Shown here: positions 1-11,052 of the stretch, piece after piece
How the letters are laid out: the number at the start of each line of letters is the position of its first letter
Position numbering within the stretch: position 1 is the stretch's first letter
Assembly (NCBI GenBank): GCA_040326155.1
Contig: JBEQLE010000014.1
Location: 1-64,000, forward strand
From: Leptospirales bacterium
GTDB lineage: Bacteria > Spirochaetota > Leptospiria > Turneriellales > JAOUFE01
DNA length: 64,000 nt
Direction of reading: 5' to 3'
Position numbers and translations under genes: made by a program
The notes under the pieces: model-generated
Seen by the model: the letters and a program-made list of their open reading frames with translations, nothing else
Database searches by the model: none
What the model was told of the DNA's origin: nothing

Positions 1-117
1 ATCTTAAAAAAAACAATATAAAATGTCAAGTTTGAATTAGCCTTGCACGTTCGTTTATTTGACCAATTCAATGAAACGCCAATATCGAACAAACCAAGAC
101 TAAGTGCAAAAGGAGTT

Positions 118-1401
118 TTAAATCGCCATTATATAGGTATCGACGTTTTCGGTTCCTTTGAGCGGGACATTCTTTCGTTGTGAAAAATTAAATTTCTGTT
201 TTATAAGTTCATTTATAAGCATGTAGGTCTCTTTACTTAATTGAATAGACCCAGGAATACCCTGATTTTCAAGGCGGCTGGCCATATTTACAGTATGACC
301 CCATAAGTCATACACGAACTTTTTCTTGCCTATAACCCCGGCAACCATGGAACCGGTATGAATTCCAACTCGAATTTTAAGGACCCAATTGTTACTCAAT
401 GCCCATGCATTAAAAATTTCAATCATTTCTTTCGCCATCAGCAGCGCATTCGTAGCGTGTTCTTCGGGTTCACTTTTAATGGGAACACCGGCAACGGCCA
501 TGTAAGAATCGCCAATTGTTTTTATTTTTTCGACGTTATACTTTTCAGCGCAATCGTCAAATTCAGAAAACAGCCGGTTTAAACGGGTTACCAATTGTTC
601 TGCGTCTACACCGGAGGTGAGTTTGGTAAACCCTTCAATATCAGCAAAAATAACAGAAGCCGATTCAATTTTATCAGCAATAATTTTGTCACCGCTTTGC
701 AAACGATCGGCAATTTCACGGGGAAGTATATTCAATAACAGAGTTTCTGCATGTCTTTTTTCAACCGCATAAGCGTCTTCGGCTTGAATGGTCTCTTTAA
801 AAAAGAAGTATATCATTGCCCCGGATAATAAAAATGTAAAAAGCGTATTCATTAATTCATATGTAGGCATGTCTTCTAATTTTATGCCTTCCATTTGATA
901 TTGGGGCAATAATTCTATGTTGATCTGAATTAAAGCATATAAACTGACGGACACTAACATACAGAAAAAAATTAAACCTTTATCTCGGGCTGTGAACAGC
1001 AATAAAGGGCTGAAATAAAATAGAAAATAGAAGGAGTCAGAGCCGTTTAAACCGCCATATAATGCAAAATTGTAGAGCAGATAAATGTTACCGCCCAGAA
1101 TAAAAAGCAATTTAGCTATGCGGTGAAAACCAAGGTGATTTATAATAAGAGTGATGGCGAACAAAGGAAACATCGGCCCAACTAATGTTATCGCCTGCAT
1201 AAATTCTGTATTTTGAAGGTCCATATTGCTTTTGAAAAACATGACAATAAACCCGGTGGCAATATAGAAACTGGCTAGAACTAAAATTCGATTTGTTAGA
1301 TAATAAGTTTTTTTTTCTCTTGGCTCTTCTTTTGCGTCAATATTTCCTTTCGTTAGGTAATTCCAGGGGATGACTATTTTCTTCCAAATCGATTTAAACA
1401 T
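118..1401 (-). CDS. Membrane-bound class III adenylate/guanylate cyclase
   Basis: About 6 N-terminal TM helices, then LLLNILP..IADRL, VIFADIEGFT, KIKTIGDSYMA, RVGIHTG, YDLWGHTVNMASRLE. Confidence 0.93.
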   Translation of the reverse strand: MFKSIWKKIVIPWNYLTKGNIDAKEEPREKKTYYLTNRILVLASFYIATGFIVMFFKSNMDLQNTEFMQAITLVGPMFPLFAITLIINHLGFHRIAKLLFILGGNIYLLYNFALYGGLNGSDSFYFLFYFSPLLLFTARDKGLIFFCMLVSVSLYALIQINIELLPQYQMEGIKLEDMPTYELMNTLFTFLLSGAMIYFFFKETIQAEDAYAVEKRHAETLLLNILPREIADRLQSGDKIIADKIESASVIFADIEGFTKLTSGVDAEQLVTRLNRLFSEFDDCAEKYNVEKIKTIGDSYMAVAGVPIKSEPEEHATNALLMAKEMIEIFNAWALSNNWVLKIRVGIHTGSMVAGVIGKKKFVYDLWGHTVNMASRLENQGIPGSIQLSKETYMLINELIKQKFNFSQRKNVPLKGTENVDTYIMAI

Positions 1402-1609
1402 GTAATTGAACCTTCTTTCAGACTATAGATGCAAAATGTCTTCTTATTGTCAATCCATAAAAATTTTATGAATATAATTAAACGATGGATTGTTCGACCT
1501 ACGGTTTTTATGTAAACAGCGAGATTGACCGGAAAGTTTTGTATGCGAATGTTGAAATAGAAATTAGTATGCGAGCAAAAATATAAGTAAAAATGAAATT
1601 ATATAATGT

Positions 1610-1643
1610 ACTAAACAGAGGAAGATAAATTCCCCTGTTTAGT
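1610..1643 (-). terminator. Hairpin downstream of histone gene
   Basis: actaaacagaggaa-N6-ttcccctgtttagt; the single mismatch is a G-U pair only on the minus strand; U-tract is weak. Confidence 0.6.
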
Positions 1644-1691
1644 TTTCAAAAAAGGTAAACTTTAAAAGAATTTTAAAGTAAAATGGTCGTT

Positions 1692-1880
1692 TTAATCAAA
1701 ATCGGAATCCATCAGAGTTTTGCGTTTATTGGCTTTCGTGTTTTCAAGCGCATTATCGCATAATTCTCTAACCTTTTTTGAAAGCGCTTCTGCAACGCTT
1801 CCGGCAGTATTAAAGCCTTGAGCTTTGATGTATTTTTTAAGCTTCGATGTCACAATTAGAATTTCTTGTTCTTCACTCAT
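1692..1880 (-). CDS. Bacterial histone-fold protein (Bd0055/Leptospira histone-like)
   Basis: 62 aa, ILIVTSKLKKYIK..NTAGSVAEALSKKVRELC..A...KRKTLMDSD with the RKT....D histone signature; SD GGAG upstream. Confidence 0.88.
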   Translation of the reverse strand: MSEEQEILIVTSKLKKYIKAQGFNTAGSVAEALSKKVRELCDNALENTKANKRKTLMDSDFD

Positions 1881-2141
1881 TATTTACTCCAGTACATTAA
1901 GTTAAGATCCATATTTTATGTTGCAAATACAGTGGCTAGAACACAAATGTTTTATAGATGTACTTTTTATCTTTTGGTATCCATATATAAAGTAATTACA
2001 GGTTTTTGATCAATTCTTCCATACGAGTTTGTTTTTCCGCTACCGTATGTTCATTTTTCATTTGAAAAAGTTGGGTTGCCAACCGGAATTGGCAGTATAT
2101 ATGGGTATTCCATTAAATTAACGGAGAATAATAGTATTTAT

Positions 2142-3182
2142 ATGAAAAATAGAGTGGTTTCAACCTTAATCGTATTATCAGCAGTATTTCTATCTTCGGG
2201 GTGTGACTTTGATCACCCTTTGACTAAAACACACAACATGGCTTGCCCGCAGGAGCTTAACGGTTCCTGGAAGTTTAACCAGGCAGGGCAGGGCGACATG
2301 CTTCTGGAATATTTTGATATTGCCGTTTCAAGTGATTGCAAAAGCGCTAAAGCTACCTCGTATAGACTTCACTCGGAAACCGGTGAGAAGAAAAAAAAAG
2401 TGGAAGCAGATTTAATATTTACCAAACTAAAATCGGGCACTTATATAAGCATAATGATACACGGTAATCTGAATAAGAATAATCGATATCAATTGTTTCG
2501 ATATGAAATTACAGGGCCCGGAAAATTAAATTTGTATATTCTGGAATCAAGTTCGCTTTCCGAGCCGATCAAGTCGGGAGCCCTGAAAGGCGATGCCGGA
2601 TTTGATGGTTACGTCACAAACAAAGGACCTGAATTAATAAAGTTTATAAATGAACAAGGTTATAAATTGTTCGAAGGCCCATTTGTATACTTAAAACAAA
2701 ACGAAACCGGTGATACTAAGTCCGAAGATACTCTCAGCCCAGTGCCAAAACGTCACGCCGCCCTGATTCATACGTTCTGGAAATCTTTAGCTGTGCAAAA
2801 TTATAAAACTTTAAAAACAATTGTTGGTTTTCCTTTTGTATGGGATGCTCCTTGTCGTATTTTGAAAAATGGAAAAGGTTTTAAAAGTAGAAGTGAAAAC
2901 GATAAAATGCCGTCTCTAAAATCCATAAAGGTGAAATCCGTAGAGGACGCGCCAGAATTTTTAAAATCTCAATTTAAAAAGTTCAAGGCTGCTACAGGCA
3001 AGTGCAAGGACGAAGATAAAACTAAAGATAAAGGTAAAAGAAAAAACACGAAAGCAATAAACAAAAAGATATATTATGTAGCAGAACTTGTGTTTGAAGG
3101 AAATGAAAGAGAAATAGTTTATATGTATACTCAACTAACTAAATTTGAAGGCGAATGGAAAGTAACCGGTTTTTTTAATTAA
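2142..3182 (+). CDS. Hypothetical lipoprotein
   Basis: MKNRVV start after GGAG; lipobox-like FLSSGC. Confidence 0.7.
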   Translation: MKNRVVSTLIVLSAVFLSSGCDFDHPLTKTHNMACPQELNGSWKFNQAGQGDMLLEYFDIAVSSDCKSAKATSYRLHSETGEKKKKVEADLIFTKLKSGTYISIMIHGNLNKNNRYQLFRYEITGPGKLNLYILESSSLSEPIKSGALKGDAGFDGYVTNKGPELIKFINEQGYKLFEGPFVYLKQNETGDTKSEDTLSPVPKRHAALIHTFWKSLAVQNYKTLKTIVGFPFVWDAPCRILKNGKGFKSRSENDKMPSLKSIKVKSVEDAPEFLKSQFKKFKAATGKCKDEDKTKDKGKRKNTKAINKKIYYVAELVFEGNEREIVYMYTQLTKFEGEWKVTGFFN

Positions 3183-3221
3183 GGTTTGGTACCTGTCAAT
3201 CTGGAATTTCGGAGGTTCTAT

Positions 3222-3644
3222 ATGACTACACGGTTTAATATAAATAAAGTAATTCTTAAAAAGGTTTTATTGACGCTGTTTATTGTCGGGCTAACAGGTT
3301 TTTCTTACAATACGATTATTCTTGGAAAGACAAGCCAGACAACATGGGTTAAAGTTCAATTATATTTTGGCCTGTCAAAACCCGGCGGGGCCGTATCGAT
3401 ACAAGAGTGGCAGGCATTTCAAAAAGAAGTTATTGACGCCGAATTTGAAGGTTATAACCTTCTTGACTCTTTGGGATATTGGAAAGGGAAGCCGGAACGT
3501 TCCAAAGTTCTGACAATTATTTTGCAGGAAAAGAGTGTCTCGAAAGCTAAAACGGTTGCCAAAAAATACTCCATCCGTTTTGACCAACAATCCGTTATGT
3601 TGGTCAAAACGCGAATAAATGAAGTTGCCTTTATTGGTAAATAG
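3222..3644 (+). CDS. DUF3574-like exported protein
   Basis: QLYFGLSKPGGAVS..W..F...I, G.W.G..E.SKVL, F.QQSVM pattern; SD GGAGG. Confidence 0.75.
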   Translation: MTTRFNINKVILKKVLLTLFIVGLTGFSYNTIILGKTSQTTWVKVQLYFGLSKPGGAVSIQEWQAFQKEVIDAEFEGYNLLDSLGYWKGKPERSKVLTIILQEKSVSKAKTVAKKYSIRFDQQSVMLVKTRINEVAFIGK

Positions 3645-4077
3645 TAAGCGGTTCGCACTAAGCAATATTGTGATCGTGTCTCAGCTCAAAAAATTGAAAA
3701 CTATTCTTACTGTTTTATTGATTTTGTTTACTGCAAATTGTAAAAACATAACGATCGAAGAAGTTCGAGAAAACCTGCGAGAGAATTTGCAGGAAGGCGA
3801 TCATGAAGAAAAAGTATTGCAGTATATGAAAGATCATCGTTTTGTAATTTATGGTCCTGTTGATTATGAACAATACATGTTTGACAATGTTCGTGACTCA
3901 ACAAATGAACTGTTTGAAAATATAGATAATTATGATATCTCGTATTATTATACCGGAGTAATAAGAGATGCAGATATCGGTATTTTTGTTGGCTGCGATA
4001 TCTATATGCGGTTTTATTTTAGTGAACAAAAAATATTACAAGGTTATGTCAGTGAGAAAATTTGCACGGGACCATAA
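3619..4077 (+). CDS. Hypothetical lipoprotein (true start probably later)
   Basis: Hydrophobic stretch ending FTANC; acidic mature domain. Confidence 0.55.
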   Translation: MKLPLLVNSKRFALSNIVIVSQLKKLKTILTVLLILFTANCKNITIEEVRENLRENLQEGDHEEKVLQYMKDHRFVIYGPVDYEQYMFDNVRDSTNELFENIDNYDISYYYTGVIRDADIGIFVGCDIYMRFYFSEQKILQGYVSEKICTGP

Positions 4078-4082
4078 ACGAA

Positions 4083-4487
4083 TTATTCAGCGAAATATTC
4101 ATTCATGGGGGTAAAATAATTGTCTTGCCAACCTTGTTGATATTGCATTCCATTAGCAGGCAGGTTCGAATGGTACAAAGTTAGTTTAGTTCCCTGTGCA
4201 TCTTCAACGAGAATAATCTCCAGAAGAGAGTCTTCTTCCGTTTGCTTAAATTCGGAAGTTCTCCATTTTTGTAGAATTCTTTTGTTATCTTCAAGTTCAA
4301 TATTTATACCTGAAATATAACCGTCCCAGGCTGAAAATAGCCCGTTAATTTTTTTATTTGCTTTGGATTCAGCTCCCGTCATCCGACTGTGTCCTGTCGT
4401 GCTGAGCCAGGAATTATACACTTGTTCGGGGGTTGCTGAAAGAATGGTTGTGACTGTGAATTTTATTTTTTTTACCTGATTTCCCAT
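4083..4487 (-). CDS. SRPBCC/AHSA1 (Aha1-like) domain protein
   Basis: ATPEQVYNSW, FSAWDGYISG, RILQKWRT, GTKLTLYH, GWQDNYF. Confidence 0.88.
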   Translation of the reverse strand: MGNQVKKIKFTVTTILSATPEQVYNSWLSTTGHSRMTGAESKANKKINGLFSAWDGYISGINIELEDNKRILQKWRTSEFKQTEEDSLLEIILVEDAQGTKLTLYHSNLPANGMQYQQGWQDNYFTPMNEYFAE

Positions 4488-4606
4488 AAGCTATTAATTT
4501 CAAAGATCGATACAGGTGCAAGAAGAATATTTAATTTTATGGAATAAAAGAGATAATTTAGAATTATATTAATATTAATTAATATTTTAAGAGAAACAGT
4601 ATTGTG

Positions 4607-6106
4607 TCAGGAATCATCCGCCCATTTCATGCTTCGTGTAACAGCTTTTTGCCATTTCGCGTATAATTTGTTTCTTTTTTGTTCGGTAATAGTCGGTAAA
4701 AAAGTTTTTTCGATCGGTCTATCGCCAGATAACATGGTTTCGTCCCAGAAGCCGACGCCAATGCCAGCAAAAAGCGCCGCTCCTAATGCTGTCGATTCAA
4801 TGACCGGTGGACGTTCGACTTTTTTACCGAGTATATCGGCTTGAAACTGCATTAGAAAATTATTGGCACAGGCCCCGCCATCAACGCGTAAATTTTTTAA
4901 TTCGATGGCACAATCTTTTTGCATTGCATCTATAAGATCTTTTGTCTGGTAGGCTAAAGAACAGAGCGTGGCGCGAACAATTTCGTTTTGCCCGGTGTCT
5001 CTAGTCAGTCCAAAAATAGCGCCGCGTGCGTACATATCCCAGTAGGGGGCTCCGAGCCCGGCAAAAGCTGGCACGACATAGACATCGGAATCGTCATTGG
5101 CTGCAATCGCTAATTGTTCAGAAATGGGCGCAGAATCGATAATTTTTAAGCCGTCTCGTAACCATTGAATTGCCGCGCCTGCAATAAAAACGCTGCCCTC
5201 CAATGCGTAAGTTATTTTACCTTTTAAACCCCAGGCAATGGTAGTCAAAAGTCCCGAGGCACTTTGAATCTGTTCTTCGCCTGTGTTCATCAGCATAAAA
5301 CATCCGGTGCCATATGTGTTTTTTACGGAACCTTTTTCGAGACAGCCCTGCCCAAACAGAGCAGCCTGTTGGTCGCCCGCGACGCCGCAAACAGGAATAC
5401 TTTGTTTGGCACCGCCATTATCTGTGAACACGTAGGAGCCGTAATCGTCAGATGAATTTTTTACCTCAGGCAAAATAGACTCGGGAATTTCCAGGGCCGA
5501 AAGAAGTTTTTTATCCCAGCACAGAGTATGTATATTGTATAGCATGGTGCGCGAAGCATTGGAATAATCGGTGGCGTGAACTTTGCCTTCTGTTAAATTC
5601 CAGATGAGCCAGGTATCAATAGTACCAAAGAGCAGTTCCCCGTTTTGGGCTTTTTTACGAGTGCCGGGAATATTATCGAGCAGCCATTTTATTTTAGTTC
5701 CCGAAAAATAAGCGTCAATTATTAACCCGGTATTTTCACGAATATAATCGCCCAGGCCGTCTTCTTTTAGTTTTTCACAAATGAATGCCGTTCTTCTATC
5801 TTGCCAGACAATGGCATTGGAAATGGGTTTACCGCTTTCTTTTTCCCAGATTACAGTCGTCTCTCTCTGGTTGGTAATCCCCAGGGCGGCAATATCGCCC
5901 GCAGCCAAAGTATTATTCTGCATAAGCTCATGTAGTACATCGCGCTGGCTGTTCCAGATTTCCAGGGGGTCATGTTCCACCCAGCCGCTTTTTGGAAAAA
6001 TCTGTCTAAACTCTTTCTGGACGATATTTAGAATTTCCGCATTTTTATTAAACAATACCGCACGCGAACTTGTAGTCCCCTGATCAAGGGCAATAATATG
6101 ACTCAT
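4607..6106 (-). CDS. glpK: Glycerol kinase
   Basis: [61 protein letters not shown]. Confidence 0.97.
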   Translation of the reverse strand: MSHIIALDQGTTSSRAVLFNKNAEILNIVQKEFRQIFPKSGWVEHDPLEIWNSQRDVLHELMQNNTLAAGDIAALGITNQRETTVIWEKESGKPISNAIVWQDRRTAFICEKLKEDGLGDYIRENTGLIIDAYFSGTKIKWLLDNIPGTRKKAQNGELLFGTIDTWLIWNLTEGKVHATDYSNASRTMLYNIHTLCWDKKLLSALEIPESILPEVKNSSDDYGSYVFTDNGGAKQSIPVCGVAGDQQAALFGQGCLEKGSVKNTYGTGCFMLMNTGEEQIQSASGLLTTIAWGLKGKITYALEGSVFIAGAAIQWLRDGLKIIDSAPISEQLAIAANDDSDVYVVPAFAGLGAPYWDMYARGAIFGLTRDTGQNEIVRATLCSLAYQTKDLIDAMQKDCAIELKNLRVDGGACANNFLMQFQADILGKKVERPPVIESTALGAALFAGIGVGFWDETMLSGDRPIEKTFLPTITEQKRNKLYAKWQKAVTRSMKWADDS

Positions 6107-6138
6107 AGCTTATAGCTTATAACATATAACTTATAGCG
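6104..6138 (+). repeat. Imperfect 7-bp tandem repeat, 5 copies
   Basis: catagct tatagct tataaca tataact tatagcg, abutting the glpK start codon. Confidence 0.6.
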
Positions 6139-6150
6139 ATTGAATAAATA

Positions 6151-6738
6151 CTACTCTTTTAATACCATATCAATGCACATTACGGCAGCCAGAATTAGTT
6201 TTCGCGCCGGGTGCTCTGCATCGACGGAGTCTGATATATTGATTGCATAATTGTCCGCGCTGGTAAAGAGTTCTTTACCGACCCCGGCCCATTTTTTTGT
6301 GACATGTGCTAGTTCCTGCTCTTGGTAAAGGAAACTAAAATTCCATCCCGTCCATTTTCCTTTTAAATTACACACAAGCTCATCTTGGGCGTTAAACACA
6401 TCGAATTTTCCGCCAATCGAAAAAAACTTCTGTTTAAAACCACCAATTTTTGTATTATTTTCATCCAATACTTCGACATTTGATAAGAAAATAGATATAC
6501 CTCTTTTCACCCGAACAATCTGTTTTCCTTCCAGGTTTTTAATGACAATATTGAACGGTGTCATCCTTTTATAATCGGTAAAGCGTAAGATCTTCGAGAT
6601 AAACCCTAAACCTTCTTCTCTACACTCCAGAATTATCTTGTTCGTCTCCGGGTCATAAATATCATAATTATTTGCTGCTTTGAAAATACCTGTATGTTCT
6701 TTAACTAAAAATACATTACGTTTTAATTCTTCATCCAT
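6151..6738 (-). CDS. LURP-one/scramblase (tubby-like) family protein
   Basis: IGGFKQKFFSIGGKF, KGKWTGWNF, KKWAGVGKELFTSADNY, LAAVMCIDMV. Confidence 0.85.
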   Translation of the reverse strand: MDEELKRNVFLVKEHTGIFKAANNYDIYDPETNKIILECREEGLGFISKILRFTDYKRMTPFNIVIKNLEGKQIVRVKRGISIFLSNVEVLDENNTKIGGFKQKFFSIGGKFDVFNAQDELVCNLKGKWTGWNFSFLYQEQELAHVTKKWAGVGKELFTSADNYAINISDSVDAEHPARKLILAAVMCIDMVLKE

Positions 6739-6810
6739 GTGTTCTCCTTAAAAATTGATAATGCCAGTCTACCCGATTCGTTTTACATGTAAAGTTATTG
6801 TTGTTTTTCT

Positions 6811-7023
6811 GTGGGATATTCCCAAACTTCACAAAGGGGGGTTGGCAGCTGCGGTAATTCATACCAAGATCGTACTCGTCATCTTTTTGCAGTATCGTTA
6901 ACACTCGATATAGGAAAAGTTTTTGGCGTCATCCCAGAGTTCTCCTATATTCATATTGTTGAAACGGATGAAAATGCCATTACTTTTGGCGTCGGACTAC
7001 GATTTGGTGGCTATGTCCAGTAA
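6811..7023 (+). pseudogene. Probable 3' remnant of an outer-membrane beta-strand protein
   Basis: Ends in amphipathic strands (VIPEFSY...ITFGVGLRFG); no signal peptide and no convincing start. Confidence 0.35.
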
Positions 7024-7230
7024 AAATATTTGAAGAATCTTCATCTGGTCTCGCTTTGCAACTCAAAAAAGCCCTGGGGATTTCTGCCAATATCTAGAAT
7101 AACATGAATGCTACCTGTGAATTGTTTACTGCCAGAGAAAAAGAGAAAATCACACTGATCGGCAGTTGAATCGATTATCGTTTTTACCCCCGGGAAATAT
7201 TACGTCACATTTGATGATTTTACATTTGCT

Positions 7231-7298
7231 AAAGGGGGAGAAGTCTCTCCCCTCGCTTTGGCTATTTTGCACAAGGCAAAATGAGCCGCCGCTACCCC
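7231..7298 (-). repeat. Dispersed structured element, copy E1
   Basis: Minus strand: ggggtagc-ggc-ggct-c-attttgc..gcaaaat-agcc-aa-agcgagggg-agagacttct-ccccc-ttt. Confidence 0.6.
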
Positions 7299-7799
7299 AC
7301 ACGTATAAACGAGAGTGAGTCCGTATTATTCACAATCAAGGTAATGATTTATTTAAGACATTTCTAAGATTTGTAGATATGTCACTTGGAGTAGATACCA
7401 AACCGCTCACAAGTCGAACACTACCTAGCATGTTATGGAAGGCCGATAGAAGAAAAAAAATATTGCGATTTTTGCAAACAGCGTCCCACTTTATTTTAAT
7501 TTCAGGTCAAATAAGGCAGCCCAATTTCTAAAATATTATCAATGAGAATTGTTGGGGATTTCCACAACGACAAAACTACATTGACAACCGATCCTGTCAT
7601 TGGCCGTGGGAACGATGCGGGTATTGATGAAATAAATAATTCTAGTTAACTCCCTGATAATTATACCCGAAACAAAAGAATTTTAAGGGACATTCTTATA
7701 TCTGCTTTTAGCGATTTCATGGATTTGCTTGACTGGTTAAACTCTTTGTTGTATAGAGTTATTTTGGATGATGGATGAAATACGCAAACGGATGTACTT

Positions 7800-10700
7800 A
7801 TGAATAAAATGGAAGAGGTTTTTTACAAAACTAATATATGGAAACATTTTGAAAAGGTAGCAGGTACTACAGAAATAGAACTAGTAAAAAATTTAATTTC
7901 GCATTGTGTCCCCATTCTAGAAAGAATTATAGAAACATTTCCAACCTATACATTACATAATGGCCAACATCAACTTAATATATTAAATCTTTACGCCGAT
8001 TTGCTGGGTTCAAAGTTAAAGAAGTTAAGCTCTTTGGAGGCGGCAATACTTATACTAAGCGCTTTATTCCATGATATCGGGATGGTTTTTAATAAAGAGG
8101 AAAGGGAGAATCTAAAAGAAGAGGATCTATCCCCTCAGTTTTTAGTAGATAATCCATCTGCAAGGCTTTTGCAAAATGAAAATGGTGACATGAATGATGA
8201 ACTTGCCGAATGGTATTGTAGATGGTCGCATGCCAAACGAGTTTGGGTTTATTTAGACCAAATAGATGAATTGCTTAAATGGGATGGGACTAACTTTCGA
8301 CAAGAACTCGCTCAAGTTTGTTTTAGCCACAACGAAAAAGCTAATTACATAGAGACCGATGCTATTTCTTCCAATTTTTGGAACAGTGCAGATCTGAAGT
8401 TTTGCGCCATAATTTTGAGACTGGCAGACATATTAGATTTTGATAAGTCCAGATCGCCAGAGAGTGTCTATAAATATCTGGGTCTTGACAAACCGAAATC
8501 ACGTTTAGCTAAAAATAGTCATAAAGAGTGGAGTAAGCATCTTGCCTCTGGCGGATTTGATTTCAAAGGATGGTCGAATACATCAACGTATACTTTATAC
8601 TATAAAGCAAGCCCAGATCATCCCGCAGTAGAAAATGATATTAATGATTTTTTAGATATTATTGAAAACGAAATGCAGGAGTGCAGGGCCGCATTGCGAA
8701 GTTGTTCCGACAAATGGAAAGATTTTATATTGCCCGAAAAAATAGATAGAACAAATATATATAGCCAGGGGTATACAACCGGTTCTTTCAAGTTCAGCTT
8801 AGATCAAAAGCAAATACTTAACCTGTTAATGGGGGAAAATCTATACGAAAACCCTTTTGTTTTCATGAGGGAATTGATACAAAACGCGATGGATACTACG
8901 CGATATAGAAAGAAGCACGAAACGCATATTACAAAATCAGGGTACGCCATACAACCTATAAAGGTTAGCTCCTGGGATGATTCGGGGTTCAAATGGGTGC
9001 GTATCGATGATTTCGGTATGGGTATGACATTGCAACAAATAGAAAAATATTTCTTAAAGATTGGTAATTCATTATACAATTCAGATGAGTTCAAAGTAAG
9101 TAAATTAGATTATTCAAAAGTCGATAAAGATTTTACCCCCGTTAGCAGGTTTGGAATCGGTATTTTATCTTGCTTTCTAGTCGCAGATGTTATTGAAGTT
9201 TCTACGAAGTCGGTCTATTGTGATAAGGATGAAAATCATCCCATCAGGCTTACCTTGCAAGGCATTGCGAATTACTACTTTCTCTACACAGGAAAGGACA
9301 TTCCAAAAGAGATGCCACATGAACATAAAATTGAGAGTGGTTATAGAAGAGATACCGGTACGTCGATTGCATTAAGAATTAACCCGAATTATGACCGAAA
9401 AGAGTTTGATATCCCGAAATTATTGGAGAGTCTGGTTTATGCCTCCCAGGTGCCGGTCGAATATAATTCTATTTTATATGGTAAAGAACAGATTAAAAAC
9501 CTGCCAAATAAAAAAAGAATACATAAGCTTTCCGATGCTGAAATATCAAAGATAAAGGAATTTATTGAAGAGCCCTACCTTAAAATGAATCCAGAAATTC
9601 ATATTGTTCCTATTCCACTTGTTCACGAAAAAGTCAAAAATGCTAGAGGAATAATATATGTTTTCTTATTTAGAGCTAACATTACTTTCTCAGAAGATTC
9701 TAAGTTTGATAAAAATAATTTTTCATTTCGGAATTATAGGAAATTATCAGACTTTCAGATTACATTCAAATATCAAGCATCAACATATGACAACGAAAAA
9801 GAGTCGAATTTTTTTTTGAAGGTAAGCCGGAGAATCAGATATGGTCAACAAATAAAAGATTTCAAAATTCCATTAAATCATTTAATTAGCGACTTGGATG
9901 AATTCAATGGTAGTAAAAATTATAATAGTGTACGTACCAATATATTGCTTTCGCATAATGGGATAATTATACCGAACAATGCTAACTATATTGAAAATGT
10001 GACAAGTTTAGACATTAGAATTCGGGAAAAAAAATCAGGTGTAACATTTTGTCTGGGTATAGTTAATTTAAAAGATGATTTAAGACCAAACCTGAATATT
10101 GCTAGGGATAAAATAATCTCTTTTCCCTGGAATTGCTTTTCTCAAATATGTTTTCTCATTAGGAAATCTCTTGATGAGAACGAGTATAATTTTCGATCAA
10201 AAATTGACTACTTTAGAACAATGAGAGTACAAACTGATAATATAGATAATGATGATTTTATAAATAGTGATGACGGTTGGCCGGAAGTGATTACTATTGG
10301 TGAATCAGATTTCAATGTAAAATCGGTCCCTGAAAATAAAAAAGTCAACTTGGATGTGTTTGACAGAGATGATATTGATAATGCCGATTTATTAAAAAGA
10401 AAAGTAATTTTCAATAATTGTATTTATACCATCAGGCTTGTTAAGAAAAAGAGGGAAGACCCAAAAAAAAATGAATCCGATTTCGAGCTCATTCGAAAAG
10501 CGTATATTGTGGGAAAAAGAAAGTATAAATCAACTGTTTTCCCTTCAGATATTGCTTGCGAATATGAAAACTTCAGTGGCTTAATGCCTTTGGAGCTAGA
10601 TTACCAGTTGTACAATATTAATCATCATTTTACTAAGTGGCTGAAATTAGCATATTCAGAGTTAACAAATAATTACCCTTATTACCTTTGGTCGATTTTT

Positions 10701-10835
10701 GATTCCGAATCAATTGAAGAATTAAACTCTAATCTAGATAAAGTAAAAAAACTGTTACCGGAAGAGTTGCGACCAGATTTTAATATTACCAAGAGCGACT
10801 TCGAGGTGGACTTTAATAAACTTGAAGAGGAATAA
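7800..10835 (+). CDS. HD-CE phosphohydrolase fused to Hsp90-like (GHKL) ATPase; candidate conflict/defence protein
   Basis: YTLHNGQH, LFHDIGM, SHN, LRLADILD (HD); LYENPFVFMRELIQNAMD, DDFGMGM, SRFGIGILSCF, GTSI (GHKL). Confidence 0.85.
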   Translation: MNKMEEVFYKTNIWKHFEKVAGTTEIELVKNLISHCVPILERIIETFPTYTLHNGQHQLNILNLYADLLGSKLKKLSSLEAAILILSALFHDIGMVFNKEERENLKEEDLSPQFLVDNPSARLLQNENGDMNDELAEWYCRWSHAKRVWVYLDQIDELLKWDGTNFRQELAQVCFSHNEKANYIETDAISSNFWNSADLKFCAIILRLADILDFDKSRSPESVYKYLGLDKPKSRLAKNSHKEWSKHLASGGFDFKGWSNTSTYTLYYKASPDHPAVENDINDFLDIIENEMQECRAALRSCSDKWKDFILPEKIDRTNIYSQGYTTGSFKFSLDQKQILNLLMGENLYENPFVFMRELIQNAMDTTRYRKKHETHITKSGYAIQPIKVSSWDDSGFKWVRIDDFGMGMTLQQIEKYFLKIGNSLYNSDEFKVSKLDYSKVDKDFTPVSRFGIGILSCFLVADVIEVSTKSVYCDKDENHPIRLTLQGIANYYFLYTGKDIPKEMPHEHKIESGYRRDTGTSIALRINPNYDRKEFDIPKLLESLVYASQVPVEYNSILYGKEQIKNLPNKKRIHKLSDAEISKIKEFIEEPYLKMNPEIHIVPIPLVHEKVKNARGIIYVFLFRANITFSEDSKFDKNNFSFRNYRKLSDFQITFKYQASTYDNEKESNFFLKVSRRIRYGQQIKDFKIPLNHLISDLDEFNGSKNYNSVRTNILLSHNGIIIPNNANYIENVTSLDIRIREKKSGVTFCLGIVNLKDDLRPNLNIARDKIISFPWNCFSQICFLIRKSLDENEYNFRSKIDYFRTMRVQTDNIDNDDFINSDDGWPEVITIGESDFNVKSVPENKKVNLDVFDRDDIDNADLLKRKVIFNNCIYTIRLVKKKREDPKKNESDFELIRKAYIVGKRKYKSTVFPSDIACEYENFSGLMPLELDYQLYNINHHFTKWLKLAYSELTNNYPYYLWSIFDSESIEELNSNLDKVKKLLPEELRPDFNITKSDFEVDFNKLEEE

Positions 10836-11052
10836 ATCTCCAGCTTTCGGCAAGCGACGAAGCGTTAAACCAGTATGCGTCAGGCGAAATAACAAGTCTA
10901 TTGCTATTTAAATAAATTAGAATGGGAACCACTTACAACTTTTATTTTTGTTCACAGAAAAAGAAAAGTAAGATATACTAGACAAAGTTAAAAAATATAC
11001 TTGATGTCTCGTTTATTCTTACTATATTGAATCATAGGGAGCTGTTCACCTA

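Noticed and set aside
10836..10895. Possible integron attC site after the HD-CE gene
   Set aside because: No RYYYAAC...GTTRRRY pairing and no integrase
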